A stretch of DNA of 64,000 bases from a virus: IMG/VR virus record IMGVR_UViG_3300013102_000030, positions 32,001-96,000 of that record; one strand, 5' to 3'. Of the stretch, positions 31,701 through 40,352 are shown one piece after another. A program made the translations under genes and the position numbers. Positions within the stretch are counted from its first letter, which is position 1, and every line of letters starts with the position of its first letter. The notes beneath the pieces were generated by a model that saw nothing but the letters and a program-made list of their open reading frames with translations, was not told the DNA's origin and did no database searches.

Positions 31701-34593
31701 CCTTGCTGTTACGGATGGCAAGATCACCAGCCTCAACGCTGGTAAGATCACTGCCGGATATCTTGATTCCAAGGTCATTGCTGCTGGTTCCATCAAAGCT
31801 GATAAGCTTGACGTTACTCTCGGTGGACTGAACCTTGTTGCCAACTCCTCCTTTGAAGTTGACAGCAACAACGATGGACTGGCAGATAACTGGAACACAT
31901 GGGCACGTGGAGCGGGAGACGCTAGCCGTACTTTCGCTAACACACGCCCTGCCGGTCTGTTCCCCGGATCAACCTACGCTCAACGTGTTACGTCCAACAA
32001 CGTCTCCAATACTGAATCATCTTCCATCCAGTCCAGCACTCTGTTCAGCATTGCTCCCGGAGCAAGTGCTACCCTGAGCCTTTACGCTCGTGCCAGTGTT
32101 GCAGGCAACTACCCTGTGTCCATCCGCTGTGAGGACGATACAGGCGCGTACAAGGGTGATGCGCAGTTCATTGCTGCCGTTACCACAACTGTACAGCGCT
32201 TCTCTGGAACTGTCATCACCCCTGCGGGAACTACTCGTGCCAAGGTAACCATTACTACCCCAACCTCACTGACCAGTGGACACTGGTTTGAAGTTGACGG
32301 TATCAAGTGTGAACTTGGTGACGTTGTCTCCGCTTGGTCTCCGCTGGCTGTTGAACTTCTTCCGGGTACCATCGTTGGTACCTTCCTGAGGGGTGATGCC
32401 ATCGACGGTATGATCATCACTGGCTCTACCTTCCAGACTACCGCAACTGCAAACCGTGGAATCAAGTTCACATCCACTGAGCTTGCAGGATACGATAACA
32501 GCGGAAACAAGAACTTCTCCTTGCTTTCCTCTGGTAGCCTGTCCCTCAAGGGTGATTTGACCTCTGGTTCCACCATCACGGGTGCCACTGTTACCGGTTC
32601 GACCGTTCAGACGGAAGCAACAGCCTCACGAGGAATCAAGCTCACCACAACCGAGCTTGCAGGATACGACACGTCCGGTAACAAGAACTTCTCCCTGACA
32701 ACAGGCGGAACTCTTACCATCAAGGGTGACATCACAGCAGGGTCCACCATCACAGGTGCAACCATCACGGGTGCCACGGTACAGACTGAAGTAACGGCTG
32801 CACGCGGTATCAAGCTGACAAGCACTGAGTTTGCCGGATACGATACTGCTGGTGCTAAGAACTTCAGTCTGACTTCTGCTGGTGTTCTTTCCCTGAAGGG
32901 TTCCATTGAATCCGGCTCCACCATCAAGGGTGCAACTCTTGCTGCTGGCGCTGGTGGAATCGAGACCAGCAGTTCGGTCAACCGTGGAGTGAAGCTCAAG
33001 GATACCGGTATCGTAGCTTACGACAGCAACGGTAACATGACGTTCAAGGTCGATGCTGCAACCGGTCTTGTTGAAGCTCCCGGAATCAAGGCAAACTCGA
33101 TCACGGGTGATATGATTGCCGCGAACACCATTACGGTTCAGGATCTCCTTGTTGGTGACTTCACCAACCTTGTTGATGATGCTGACCTCAACGGTGCTGG
33201 CTGGTATGACCGCTCCGGTGTTGGAACTGCTTCCAACATTGTAGTTACCTCAGGTCTTCCGGGTCCATCTTGGAAGCTTGATGGTGTCGGTACTGAGGTT
33301 TCTGTAGCAACCAAGTCCTACTTCTCTGTAGTTCCCGGTTCCGAGTACCGTATCTCAATCAAGGCACAGAACCAGCTTCTCCCGAGTGGTACTCCTGCTC
33401 TCTTCCGAATCTACTGGTTCACAGAGACTGGCGCTGCCGCGTCTGCTGCATACTCTGAGCTTTCCATCCCAACAGGATCATGGAACACCTACGCAGGAAA
33501 CGCTACTCCTCCTGCTGATGCCCGCCGTGGTGTTCCTACCCTCATCCATGGATCATCTGCCACAGGTGGCTCATGGTGGGCAGGTCTTCCTGCAATCCGT
33601 CGTAAGAACGGTGGAGACCTCATCGTTGACGGTGCGATTGACGGTACGGTCATCAGCGGTGCCACGATTCAGACTGAAAAGACTGCAAACCGTGGAATCA
33701 AGCTTACGACTACGGAGCTTTCCGGATACGATACCAGCGGTAACAAGAACTTCTCGCTGACCACAGCGGGTGCTCTGACAGTTCTGGGAACCATCAAGTC
33801 CGGTTCCACCATTGAAGGTGCTACGATTACAGGTACCACAGGTATCCAGACATCGACTGTTGCCAACCGTGGCGCAAAGATCACCAACACCGGAATCATC
33901 ACATACGACTCCAGCGGCAACATGACCTTCAAGGTTGATGGAACCACTGGTCTTGTGGAAGCTCCGGGCCTGAAGGCTAACAGCATCACTGGTGACATGA
34001 TTGCTACTGCAACTCTGACAGCCAAGAACCTGCTTGTCGGTGACTACGCGAACATTGCCACAATCAATGAGAACATTCCGGTCACCATCAGTTCCTACGG
34101 CCAGACAATGGTCTCCGCTGGATACAACAAGCTGGTAAACGATGCTGGTAACTACCTCATGTTCACAGATCAGCGTGGACCGGTTCCGTTCTCCATCAAC
34201 GATACACTCTACTTTGAGTTTGAGGCCAAGGCAACTGCTGCAACCACTGCTCAACTCGGTGTCTGGACATACGATGGAACAGTGAACGCTTCCACACTCG
34301 GAACTACTGTCAACATTGGCTCTGCCAGTGCCACAGTAACCGGTGAGGTCAAGGTTGTCAACTACCGTCCAAACGCTACACAGTTCGTTGTGGGCCTGAA
34401 CGGAGTCAACAACAAGGGTATCCAAGTCCGAAACGTCAAGGTTTACAAGAAGTCAGGTGGAAACCTGATTGTTGACGGCTCACTCAAGTCAACCACTTTG
34501 TCTCTGATACAATCGACGGTGGAATCATCAAGGCCGGATCTCTATCCGCTACCAAGATCGAATCCAAGTCCATCAAGGCTGACCAGCTTGTGA
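25759..34593 (+). CDS. Giant tail fibre / host-recognition protein, N-terminal part
   Basis: 2944 aa. FN3-like N-terminus, GDLWFDT..W.G..W repeats, PA14-like segment, Ala-rich coiled-coil repeats, carbohydrate-binding-like domains and RGIKLTTTELAGYD..GNKNFSL repeats. The last ~35 codons appear to be out of frame. Confidence 0.85.
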   Translation: MEVRRIGPETGLVRELKDLRKRIQTQETRPAGKQVIRETLTTVDPDTGVKTIFGELPDGSFGIQPFVYDITPPPVATTPIVSAKPGVISVSWDGLFANNGELPRDFECVNIIGHKMNGTTTVSSKPVGTIRRPLDFTYLQQDVIPVGETWQFSLEAEDYNGNLAQWSARSASVTMESVVSDAGVNAALEALQDATDTAQQAADTAQGAANTAQQAADDAAQAASDAAGIAASKSKVLIQSTAPAAADQNANVLWIDTTNGGNTPKRWSNNAWVVVTDKVATDAAAAAAAAQSKADTAFNNAASAAQAAGNAQTTADGKNSSYYLPSAPAGTGFKVGDQWFDTANNYRLKVWSGSAWVTAQDAFLAQQTADSKSLVYTQATVPPVSARLATTVWYDTSLGLDKVVQKYWDSASSSWKPLADKTATDAAAVADSKGETIYSDTEPAAAKRLPQNTWVDTTGGINIVKRWDGNAWVVAADSRIASTATAVTAAQKSADDAAASAAAKSVVYTQSVTPPVSARLPQTVWNDTSLGLNNVVVKYWDGNAWTAMADKVATDAAAVAAAKTKTYFQPNQPSNTGNTTGDLWFDTDDLNKPYVWNGSAWTLAQDATVNKSLFSTFATDIDNTKPNKWMFTRYNKTMPSNTTVPTYLDIAGLAGTSTLVDDGTNLVNTVGDNYVGQLRTIVYLSAGKTIAVTATHDDAAQILVDGTTVYSKGAYTQNSPISFTMSAGWHVLDLLWTEITGGDGWFAISPTFSSQVTNMYAPVALSSLSAAVTAAQSSADTAMAAQSYSLNASFDDWTATYPTGYNFWSGTAVKETSIVRRAPYALRFNVADATAQHGVSFSSILSHAPNLEYFTVEIDLYLVSGTLDGSGMILDWSGAGASNNRTQINFVSAITSPVTGKWYRVQQVLRRPANFTGTWTNMSGYLMGQWSGHGTGAAKNIIFDWFNIRPSSVEEILAFGAPADAQAKATAAQTAAISAAATDATSKANQAKADAIASAASDATVKSDNAKISAISVAATAAQAKADAAQAAAISAAATDATNKANTAQQAAIDASQVKIDQVWAAARSYINPATSTTGIVAKQGPIPSVVTSVSAMGGKALQKSGGVSGWWEDTNGKQAYDPTAVYRFSTRIRVTSPSVSTAGGGFYWGLVGLADDKTTYVNTSGANSYSSQQWVTQNAKPATTGDWVDYVVYYKGVSTGNPTGAGTVLDPRTVQANTKYFMPGMILDYANGTGTWEISHWSVDVIDQAGYQALVDAAKAKTDAIAAAAADATTKANAAQQAAITAAATDAANKASAAQQAAIDAAAADAAAKAAQAQQAAIDAAALDAQAKADAAEQAAIDAAAIEAQLKADGAEQAAIDAAATDAAAKAAAAQQAAIDAAALDATAKATQAKTDAITAAATDAQTRATQAKADAISAAALDATAKADAAQMAAIQAQAYQLNPSFEDWTGTIPASYTTFVTNPTKETTTVRTGKYAVRFNCTDTTTQRGLQFNAALAHAPYFEYLTVELDVRLDSGSSFGGAGVLVDWGGMTGGNRATISLATEIPAPVVGRWYRMVKVIRKPATATGTFTSYSAWLMGQYGTGMGTQAVKNVIFDWINVRPATTEEITAYGTPASIQSLSDVVSTKTKSWYQPGQPPLTGNTTGDLWFDTDDNNKVYIWNGTWAVASDQRIESLNTSVSSIQTTANGKNKVIYSTSAASGTTGYVAGDTWFQRDASNNIIGQWEFTTSWQVRKLDDAMVANLNAAKIIAGTLDAQRIGANSLSAGKLMVSDMEELIPNPFFHPNGEPVQAAAGTVVSTASSEVSAGAPYPYAIKISARDNHPFATPNIAVRPGDQFYMEAWVCAAPTTTRQFNFYIFGSSVPVGSLSAKFASGQAVTGTWVKKTYSFTVPLNATYTYIKPVLQVETIGGDTSDKWVWYVTGWSMRRKNTGELIVDGAIKAGSAIIDNLAVSNAQIADLAISTAKIQILAVKTAQIDDLAVTDGKITSLNAGKITAGYLDSKVIAAGSIKADKLDVTLGGLNLVANSSFEVDSNNDGLADNWNTWARGAGDASRTFANTRPAGLFPGSTYAQRVTSNNVSNTESSSIQSSTLFSIAPGASATLSLYARASVAGNYPVSIRCEDDTGAYKGDAQFIAAVTTTVQRFSGTVITPAGTTRAKVTITTPTSLTSGHWFEVDGIKCELGDVVSAWSPLAVELLPGTIVGTFLRGDAIDGMIITGSTFQTTATANRGIKFTSTELAGYDNSGNKNFSLLSSGSLSLKGDLTSGSTITGATVTGSTVQTEATASRGIKLTTTELAGYDTSGNKNFSLTTGGTLTIKGDITAGSTITGATITGATVQTEVTAARGIKLTSTEFAGYDTAGAKNFSLTSAGVLSLKGSIESGSTIKGATLAAGAGGIETSSSVNRGVKLKDTGIVAYDSNGNMTFKVDAATGLVEAPGIKANSITGDMIAANTITVQDLLVGDFTNLVDDADLNGAGWYDRSGVGTASNIVVTSGLPGPSWKLDGVGTEVSVATKSYFSVVPGSEYRISIKAQNQLLPSGTPALFRIYWFTETGAAASAAYSELSIPTGSWNTYAGNATPPADARRGVPTLIHGSSATGGSWWAGLPAIRRKNGGDLIVDGAIDGTVISGATIQTEKTANRGIKLTTTELSGYDTSGNKNFSLTTAGALTVLGTIKSGSTIEGATITGTTGIQTSTVANRGAKITNTGIITYDSSGNMTFKVDGTTGLVEAPGLKANSITGDMIATATLTAKNLLVGDYANIATINENIPVTISSYGQTMVSAGYNKLVNDAGNYLMFTDQRGPVPFSINDTLYFEFEAKATAATTAQLGVWTYDGTVNASTLGTTVNIGSASATVTGEVKVVNYRPNATQFVVGLNGVNNKGIQVRNVKVYKKSGGNLIVDGSLKSTTLSLIQSTVESSRPDLYPLPRSNPSPSRLTSL

Positions 34594-36611
34594 TCTCATC
34601 CACGGACAACCTGATTGTTGAGTCTGCCTTTGAGCACCCAACAAATCCGGGAGCTTCGTGGGAACGTGATGCCAACAAGATCATTCAGGTTGGCGGCGGA
34701 CGTAACGGTGGAAACGCTCTGCGCTTCACTGGAACGGTATCCACTCTCACAAGCTACAACGTGAACAACAAGGTGATGGTTGACGATGACAACCGATTCC
34801 GTGTTTCTATGTGGGTCAAGACCAACGCAGCGTTCGGAAACGGTGCTATCCGTCTTGGTGTGAAGCCTTACAAGGGAACCGCTGCTCAGTCTGCTGTGAT
34901 CCTGTTCAGCAACTCAACGAACTCCGCAAGTGCAAACTACGTACCCGGAACCGATGTATGGACTCAGATCAGTGGCATCACCAGCGCCCTTCCTTCGGGA
35001 ACAACCGCTGTGGAATTCTACTTGAGTTCTGTTGCCCCGTCAACGACCGCTTACCTTGATGTTGCCTCTGTTGCTGTGACTCGTGCTGCTGACGGAAACC
35101 TCGTGGTTGATGGAGCTATTGACGGTAAGACTATCACAGGTGCTACTATCCAGACAGCTTCTCCTGCCCTCAGTGGCGCTCGCCTCGTCATGGACGGAAC
35201 GGGTCTTCGTGGTTGGGATGCATCCAACAAGCAATACCTAAGCGCAAGCTCAACGGGTCTTGCTGTTACCGGTAGCCTTGGAGCGACTGGTGATGGTGTG
35301 GACTACGCAATTTACGACAGCACCACTGGTCAATTCGGTTCACGTCCAGTGTATGTTGGAATTGGTGGCGCTGCTGGTGCAGTTGGTCTCGGTACCGGTG
35401 GTCAGACTTGGCCGTACCCGTCTCCGTATAAGACAGGTACACCTATTCCGGGCATCATCTTCAAGCCTACCACTGTAGACATGTATGACGTTGCCAGTAT
35501 GACGGCCCGTGACGGTGTGACCGTATCACTTCAGAGGGGTGTGACACAGGCTGACTTTGACGCGTGGGCAGCACAGACTGATGGTTCCGGCACTCTTGTA
35601 AATGCTCGCAAGACATACATGCCAACCATTATGACTCTGAACCAGAACGGTGTCAACTTCAGCAAGTACGTTGAGGCTCCTGAGTACCGTATCGGTGGAA
35701 CTTCCCTTTCCACAGCATCTGTGGTAACCTATACAGGTGGAGGATCTGTCAACAACCAGACCCTTACTACCTTGGCTTCATACACTCGTAGAGATGATGC
35801 ATCGACTGATACGTTCCTGTTCACCGTAGATGCAAATGGGTACGAGTTCGTTGCCCGTGATACTGGTGTATATGAAATCTTCGTTAACTTCGCCATTGGT
35901 GGACCAGCAACTGGTCGTTCATTCGTGGAAGTAGTCAATTCCTCTGACAGTTGGGGCGGCGCACGCGCCTTCTTCGGCTCGGGTGAAGACACGCAGTCGC
36001 TAGTGCAGGGCGGTTTCAAGATGACCGCTGGACAGAAGTTCAGTATTCGTGCATTCACTACTCTTGGTAGTGGATCAATCAACACTGGATATACTGTACG
36101 TATCACAAAGATGGCCGCTCCACTACCTGTCAAGCAGTGGGGAGAGGGTGACATTACTCAGACAGGTAACGTCACTGTTCAGGGTGAACTCCTTGTCAAG
36201 CCCAAGTTTGCACAATTCTACAACAACGGCTTCAATGTTGCCAGTGGTAGTGCATCGTGGGACTCCGGACCTGTTACAATGGATACAGCGAAGTGCAAGA
36301 ACAACGACTTCACGGTAGCCGGTCCATACGCTGGTTCCGTCAGCTTTACACAGACCGGTTGGTACAGCATCAGCCTGTTCATCATCCCGACAGGTGGTAA
36401 TCCGTTCGACTCTTGGGCACGACTCTTCTTGGGATCAACCGGAGAAAACCTCGTGCAGGACGGTAACCGACCACAGTCCGAGATCTACTTGTCCACCATA
36501 CCGATTTACATCACCGCTGGTGATTACGTACGATCAACAGTTGTATCCCCCGGTGGTATTACATGTAACAGCGTGTGGAAGATTGCCAAAATGCCTTGGT
36601 CCAACGCATAG
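34488..36611 (+). CDS. Giant tail fibre, C-terminal part (continuation in the -1 frame)
   Basis: Frame is open from 34476 and reads VNHFVSDTIDGGIIKAGSLSATKIESKSIKADQLVISSTDNL, continuing the repeat pattern of the upstream ORF. Confidence 0.8.
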   Translation, partial: VNHFVSDTIDGGIIKAGSLSATKIESKSIKADQLVISSTDNLIVESAFEHPTNPGASWERDANKIIQVGGGRNGGNALRFTGTVSTLTSYNVNNKVMVDDDNRFRVSMWVKTNAAFGNGAIRLGVKPYKGTAAQSAVILFSNSTNSASANYVPGTDVWTQISGITSALPSGTTAVEFYLSSVAPSTTAYLDVASVAVTRAADGNLVVDGAIDGKTITGATIQTASPALSGARLVMDGTGLRGWDASNKQYLSASSTGLAVTGSLGATGDGVDYAIYDSTTGQFGSRPVYVGIGGAAGAVGLGTGGQTWPYPSPYKTGTPIPGIIFKPTTVDMYDVASMTARDGVTVSLQRGVTQADFDAWAAQTDGSGTLVNARKTYMPTIMTLNQNGVNFSKYVEAPEYRIGGTSLSTASVVTYTGGGSVNNQTLTTLASYTRRDDASTDTFLFTVDANGYEFVARDTGVYEIFVNFAIGGPATGRSFVEVVNSSDSWGGARAFFGSGEDTQSLVQGGFKMTAGQKFSIRAFTTLGSGSINTGYTVRITKMAAPLPVKQWGEGDITQTGNVTVQGELLVKPKFAQFYNNGFNVASGSASWDSGPVTMDTAKCKNNDFTVAGPYAGSVSFTQTGWYSISLFIIPTGGNPFDSWARLFLGSTGENLVQDGNRPQSEIYLSTIPIYITAGDYVRSTVVSPGGITCNSVWKIAKMPWSNA

Positions 36612-36624
36612 AAATGAGGAAAGG

Positions 36625-36777
36625 ATGCTAGCCATCTTGGAAAGAATCCGACAGGCCGTAGCCGCAAAACTGGCTCAGGCGAAAGCACTAATCGATACAT
36701 ACAAGCCCGTGGCTCCCGCTGAGGATGTTTCTCCGGAAACACCTTCAGACGGAGGGACACCAACCCAAGGAGTCTAA
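36625..36777 (+). CDS. Small hypothetical protein (MLAILERIRQ..., 50 aa)
   Basis: ATG at 36625 after GAGGAAAGG; this is the 3' part of listed ORF 36394-36777. Confidence 0.6.
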   Translation: MLAILERIRQAVAAKLAQAKALIDTYKPVAPAEDVSPETPSDGGTPTQGV

Positions 36778-36959
36778 TGGCTTCAGTCCAGATCCAGATC
36801 CAGCGAGACAACGGAACCAATATCAGTGCAAACGGCCAAGTGCCGGATGAACTGATCGCGGATACCGCAGCAATGCTGGGAGCTATGTTGTTCGACGCGG
36901 CTGCTGCACCAGTAGTCACAAGCACGTCAACTGAAGTAGTCACAACTACAAATCCTTAG
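36777..36959 (+). CDS. Small hypothetical protein
   Basis: 60 aa, AAGGAG RBS, TAATG coupling. Confidence 0.65.
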   Translation: MASVQIQIQRDNGTNISANGQVPDELIADTAAMLGAMLFDAAAAPVVTSTSTEVVTTTNP

Positions 36960-36963
36960 CACA

Positions 36964-36999
36964 GAAGGAGGCAGGCCGTCAATTCGGTCTGCCTCCTTT
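36964..36999 (+). terminator. Terminator ending the tail operon
   Basis: AAGGAGGCAGGCCG-tcaatt-CGGTCTGCCTCCTT. Confidence 0.7.
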
Positions 37000-37001
37000 C
37001 G

Positions 37002-37010
37002 TGGTATAAT
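37002..37010 (+). promoter_or_regulatory. Extended -10 promoter
   Basis: TGGTATAAT directly after the hairpin. Confidence 0.65.
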
Positions 37011-37040
37011 TGGTACATTACATATGACGAAAGGACAGAA

Positions 37041-37262
37041 ATGTCAGAACTACCTCAGATCGATTCACTCAAGGTTGCCGAAAAGGATATCCAGAAGCTT
37101 GAGTCACTGCTAAAGCAGTCTCGCCGCAACGAATCCACCCTTGAAACCCTTGCAGAAGCTCTCCGTGATGAGCGTGATGAAGTACGCGAGAAGCTAGCAG
37201 AAGCAGAGCGTAAGCTCTCCGAGCCGGTACACGACATCACGTCGCTGCCTGATGGCAGATAA
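37041..37262 (+). CDS. Hypothetical coiled-coil protein
   Basis: 73 aa, AAAGGA RBS. Confidence 0.65.
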   Translation: MSELPQIDSLKVAEKDIQKLESLLKQSRRNESTLETLAEALRDERDEVREKLAEAERKLSEPVHDITSLPDGR

Positions 37263-37265
37263 GCC

Positions 37266-37778
37266 GTGGAGGCCGCTCCAAGCGAACAGGTACAAGAGAG
37301 GCCAAAGTTCGCCGTAAGAGATCTGGTCAGGACCCTTGAGTTCGATGGTATCAAACTTGCTGATAGCTCAAGCCGAGTCCCGCAGCGACCACGTTGGGTA
37401 GAGTTCGAACTTTACCGAACACCAATCAACACTTACGTACTTTCCCGTGTAGGCTACAGCCTTTACTATCACTCGCAAGAGTGCTACACTGTACAGCGTA
37501 ACAAGCTCAGTGCCGTAGATGGTCTGGAACTCAGTGGAGCGTACGTCGCATGTGATAAGTGCAACCCACAGCGAGCAGATATTGAAGGTGTATATCCTGA
37601 AACTCCTCGCTACCGAGCATGGCATTGCACCGAAGCCGTTGGTGTTGTCGCACTCCTCATGAAGGAAGACGACAACGGAACAGAGTATCTGACCAACGTT
37701 GCACGGAGGCTCCTCATGGAAGCTTCCAAACTGGACAAGAACATTGCCAGCGCGTTCCTCGTAGACCGCATCGGATAG
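37266..37778 (+). CDS. Hypothetical protein, possible Zn-binding (H..C, CxxC)
   Basis: 170 aa; YHSQEC and CDKC. Confidence 0.65.
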   Translation: MEAAPSEQVQERPKFAVRDLVRTLEFDGIKLADSSSRVPQRPRWVEFELYRTPINTYVLSRVGYSLYYHSQECYTVQRNKLSAVDGLELSGAYVACDKCNPQRADIEGVYPETPRYRAWHCTEAVGVVALLMKEDDNGTEYLTNVARRLLMEASKLDKNIASAFLVDRIG

Positions 37779-37804
37779 ACAAACGGTGTCCTTTCTGATA
37801 GAAT
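37776..37804 (+). promoter_or_regulatory. SigA-like promoter for the replication genes
   Basis: TAGACA-17 nt-TAGAAT with a TGn extension. Confidence 0.6.
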
Positions 37805-37828
37805 GAGAATTCTGACGAAAGGACACCT

Positions 37829-38521
37829 TTGTTTATTCTAATCGATACCGACCTTGATAACCTCATCCCCTTCTACGACCATATCAATGAACTGGATGAT
37901 AAGCCAGTCTTTGGTCTGGAAGAGTTGGAACATTACGCTCCAAACGGGGATTTCCACATCGTTGACCTCCTACCAAAGGATCTTACACGGTGGCAACAGC
38001 TTCGTCTAGGTGCTCTCGGTGCGCGTGTCTTCTCAGATTCCTTCGACAAGGAGTCCCCCATCTACTCTGCGGCTATCCCTACCAAGGACAAGATCCGCAG
38101 GATTGAAGTGGATGGACGTAACGCTGAGAGTCGGGCTAGCTTTTTCAGCAACTATGGTGTAAACTACATAGGCCGTACACACCTTTCCCCACGGAACATC
38201 TTCGTGCTGGACAACAAGGGTAAGAACCCTCTCCACGATCCCGCGAAAGATCCTCTGCTGGATGCGCTGTACGCCTCCCTGCCTGAAGACTGGTGGGGTT
38301 CCTGTGGATTCATCTCCGCAGGCAACGTAATCAAGCTAGAAGCCTTCCTGAGGGACCACCCGGATACTATTCCGCTGGCATGGACCTCCGGAGGCAAAGC
38401 AAAACTGGACTTCTTTGGACTGGACTTTGTCCATGTCAGGGAGCCAAACAACACTCAAGAGTATGGCCGCGCTGTACGTGAGGCCGCAAACAGGCTGAGC
38501 TACAAGTTGAGCCTACAATAA
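37829..38521 (+). CDS. Hypothetical protein upstream of the DNA polymerase
   Basis: 230 aa, TTG start with AAAGGA RBS. Confidence 0.7.
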   Translation: MFILIDTDLDNLIPFYDHINELDDKPVFGLEELEHYAPNGDFHIVDLLPKDLTRWQQLRLGALGARVFSDSFDKESPIYSAAIPTKDKIRRIEVDGRNAESRASFFSNYGVNYIGRTHLSPRNIFVLDNKGKNPLHDPAKDPLLDALYASLPEDWWGSCGFISAGNVIKLEAFLRDHPDTIPLAWTSGGKAKLDFFGLDFVHVREPNNTQEYGRAVREAANRLSYKLSLQ

Positions 38522-38542
38522 CAATACAACACAAAGGAAAGA

Positions 38543-40342
38543 ATGCCACAACTACCCTCTGACATCGACCTCAGGCTTGTAAACTGTATCGATGATTTGT
38601 TTGATATGAAGCGGTGGCTGGGCGAACGTCGGGAGGTAATGGGTCTCGATACTGAAACTTCAGGTCTTGATCCTTACACTCCCGACGCTAAACTGCGCCT
38701 CATCCAGATTGGCGATCACAAGACCGGCTGGGCCATTCCGTGGGAAGGCTGGGGCGGTGCCGCCATCGAATGCTTGAACCTGTGGGAAGGGCCTATCACC
38801 CTTCACAACGCGTCCTTTGATGCCAAGTGGCTCAAGCAGCACGCAAACTGGGATATGCCGTGGGAACGAACCCATGATACTATGATCATGGCACAGATTG
38901 AGCGTCCGGGAGGCCGCAACGATCTGAAGCACCTGTCCACAACCTACATCGATCCGATGGCGGATGCTGGACAGAAGGATCTCAAGGATGCCATGAAGAC
39001 TCATGGCTGGGGATGGCACAACATTCCGGTTGACTATCAGTCATACTGGGTGTATTCTGCTCTTGACCCGATTCTTGCTGCCCACCTGTGGACGCACTTC
39101 CGTACCGATCTAAAGTTTCCTAAGACTTACGATATGGAAATGTCTGTCCGCCGTATCTGCACCAACATGGAAGCAAGCGGTATGCGGGTGGATCTGGACT
39201 ACTCCCAGATGAAGTTCGAACAACTGAAGCAGGAAGTAGAAGACTCCAAGAAGTGGGCACAGGAAAACTGGGGAATCTCCATTGGTTCCAACGTTCAGCT
39301 TGCAGACTTCTTCGAACACACCCTTGGTGCTGAGTTTGAGGTCTTTTCTGCTACATCTGGTAAGCCCTCCGTGGACAAGAACCAGTTGGCAATCTTTGAG
39401 ACCAGCGAGAATACCAACGTCGCTGCTGTAGCGAAGTTCATCCTTGATGTCCGCAACAAGGATAAGATGTCCAACAGCTACTTCAAGAACTTCATTGAAA
39501 TGGCTGTAGACGGAGTTGTCCACCCTTCCATCAAGACGATGGGTGCCCGTACCGGACGTATGTCTGTGACCTCTCCTGCCCTCCAGACCATCCCCAAGGA
39601 TGATAAGATGGGTGTTCGTGGTGCGTTCCTGCCACGTAATCCGGGTGAGATCCTGATCTCCTGTGACTACTCACAGGTTGAAATGCGCCTTCTGGCACAC
39701 TTCTCCGGTGACGCTGCTCTTCAAACTGCCTTCAAGGAAGCTGACGAGACTGGTGGTGACTTCTTCGTCTCCATCGGTCGGCAGATCTACAACGACCCTA
39801 ACTTCTCCAAGAAGGACAAGCGTCGTGGTCTGATGAAGAACGTCATGTACGGCGCTGCTTACGGCTCCGGCATCCAGAAGATGGCAGACGCAGCCGGTGT
39901 TCCGTTTGAACAGATGAAGGCCGTTTCGGACGACATCTTCAACACGTACCCCGGAATCAAGAACTTCATGGAGAAGACTGAAAAGCTCGGTAACATCCGT
40001 GAAGCAGAAGAGGGAGTCGGCTACATCGTAACCGGCACTGGTCGGCACATTCCTGCCGACAAGGGCAAGATGTACACCCTCACCAACTACACGCTTCAGG
40101 GTACCGCAGCGGAACTGATGAAGCAAGCAATTGTCCGTCTGGATGCTGCTGGTTACGGCCCGTACATGCAGATGGCTATCCACGACGAAATGATCTTCTC
40201 GATCCCTCCTCACATGCTGGAGAAGGCTCTTCCTGAGATTCAGGATCTGATGTCCTACTGCAACGGTGAGTTCGACGTGGACCTTCCGGCTGAACCTGAG
40301 GTCATCGGGTCCAAGAACTGGGGCGAGAAGTACGCTGAATAA
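38543..40342 (+). CDS. polA: DNA polymerase, family A (3'-5' exonuclease plus polymerase)
   Basis: DTETSG (ExoI), HNASFD, DYSQVEMR (motif A), R..MKNVMYGAAYG (motif B), IHDE (motif C). Confidence 0.95.
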   Translation: MPQLPSDIDLRLVNCIDDLFDMKRWLGERREVMGLDTETSGLDPYTPDAKLRLIQIGDHKTGWAIPWEGWGGAAIECLNLWEGPITLHNASFDAKWLKQHANWDMPWERTHDTMIMAQIERPGGRNDLKHLSTTYIDPMADAGQKDLKDAMKTHGWGWHNIPVDYQSYWVYSALDPILAAHLWTHFRTDLKFPKTYDMEMSVRRICTNMEASGMRVDLDYSQMKFEQLKQEVEDSKKWAQENWGISIGSNVQLADFFEHTLGAEFEVFSATSGKPSVDKNQLAIFETSENTNVAAVAKFILDVRNKDKMSNSYFKNFIEMAVDGVVHPSIKTMGARTGRMSVTSPALQTIPKDDKMGVRGAFLPRNPGEILISCDYSQVEMRLLAHFSGDAALQTAFKEADETGGDFFVSIGRQIYNDPNFSKKDKRRGLMKNVMYGAAYGSGIQKMADAAGVPFEQMKAVSDDIFNTYPGIKNFMEKTEKLGNIREAEEGVGYIVTGTGRHIPADKGKMYTLTNYTLQGTAAELMKQAIVRLDAAGYGPYMQMAIHDEMIFSIPPHMLEKALPEIQDLMSYCNGEFDVDLPAEPEVIGSKNWGEKYAE

Positions 40343-40352
40343 CTAGGAAAAC

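Noticed and set aside
34455-34475. GGAAAC as a programmed slip site for the tail-fibre frameshift
   Set aside because: A -1-frame TGA at 34473 lies downstream of it, so slippage there would terminate.
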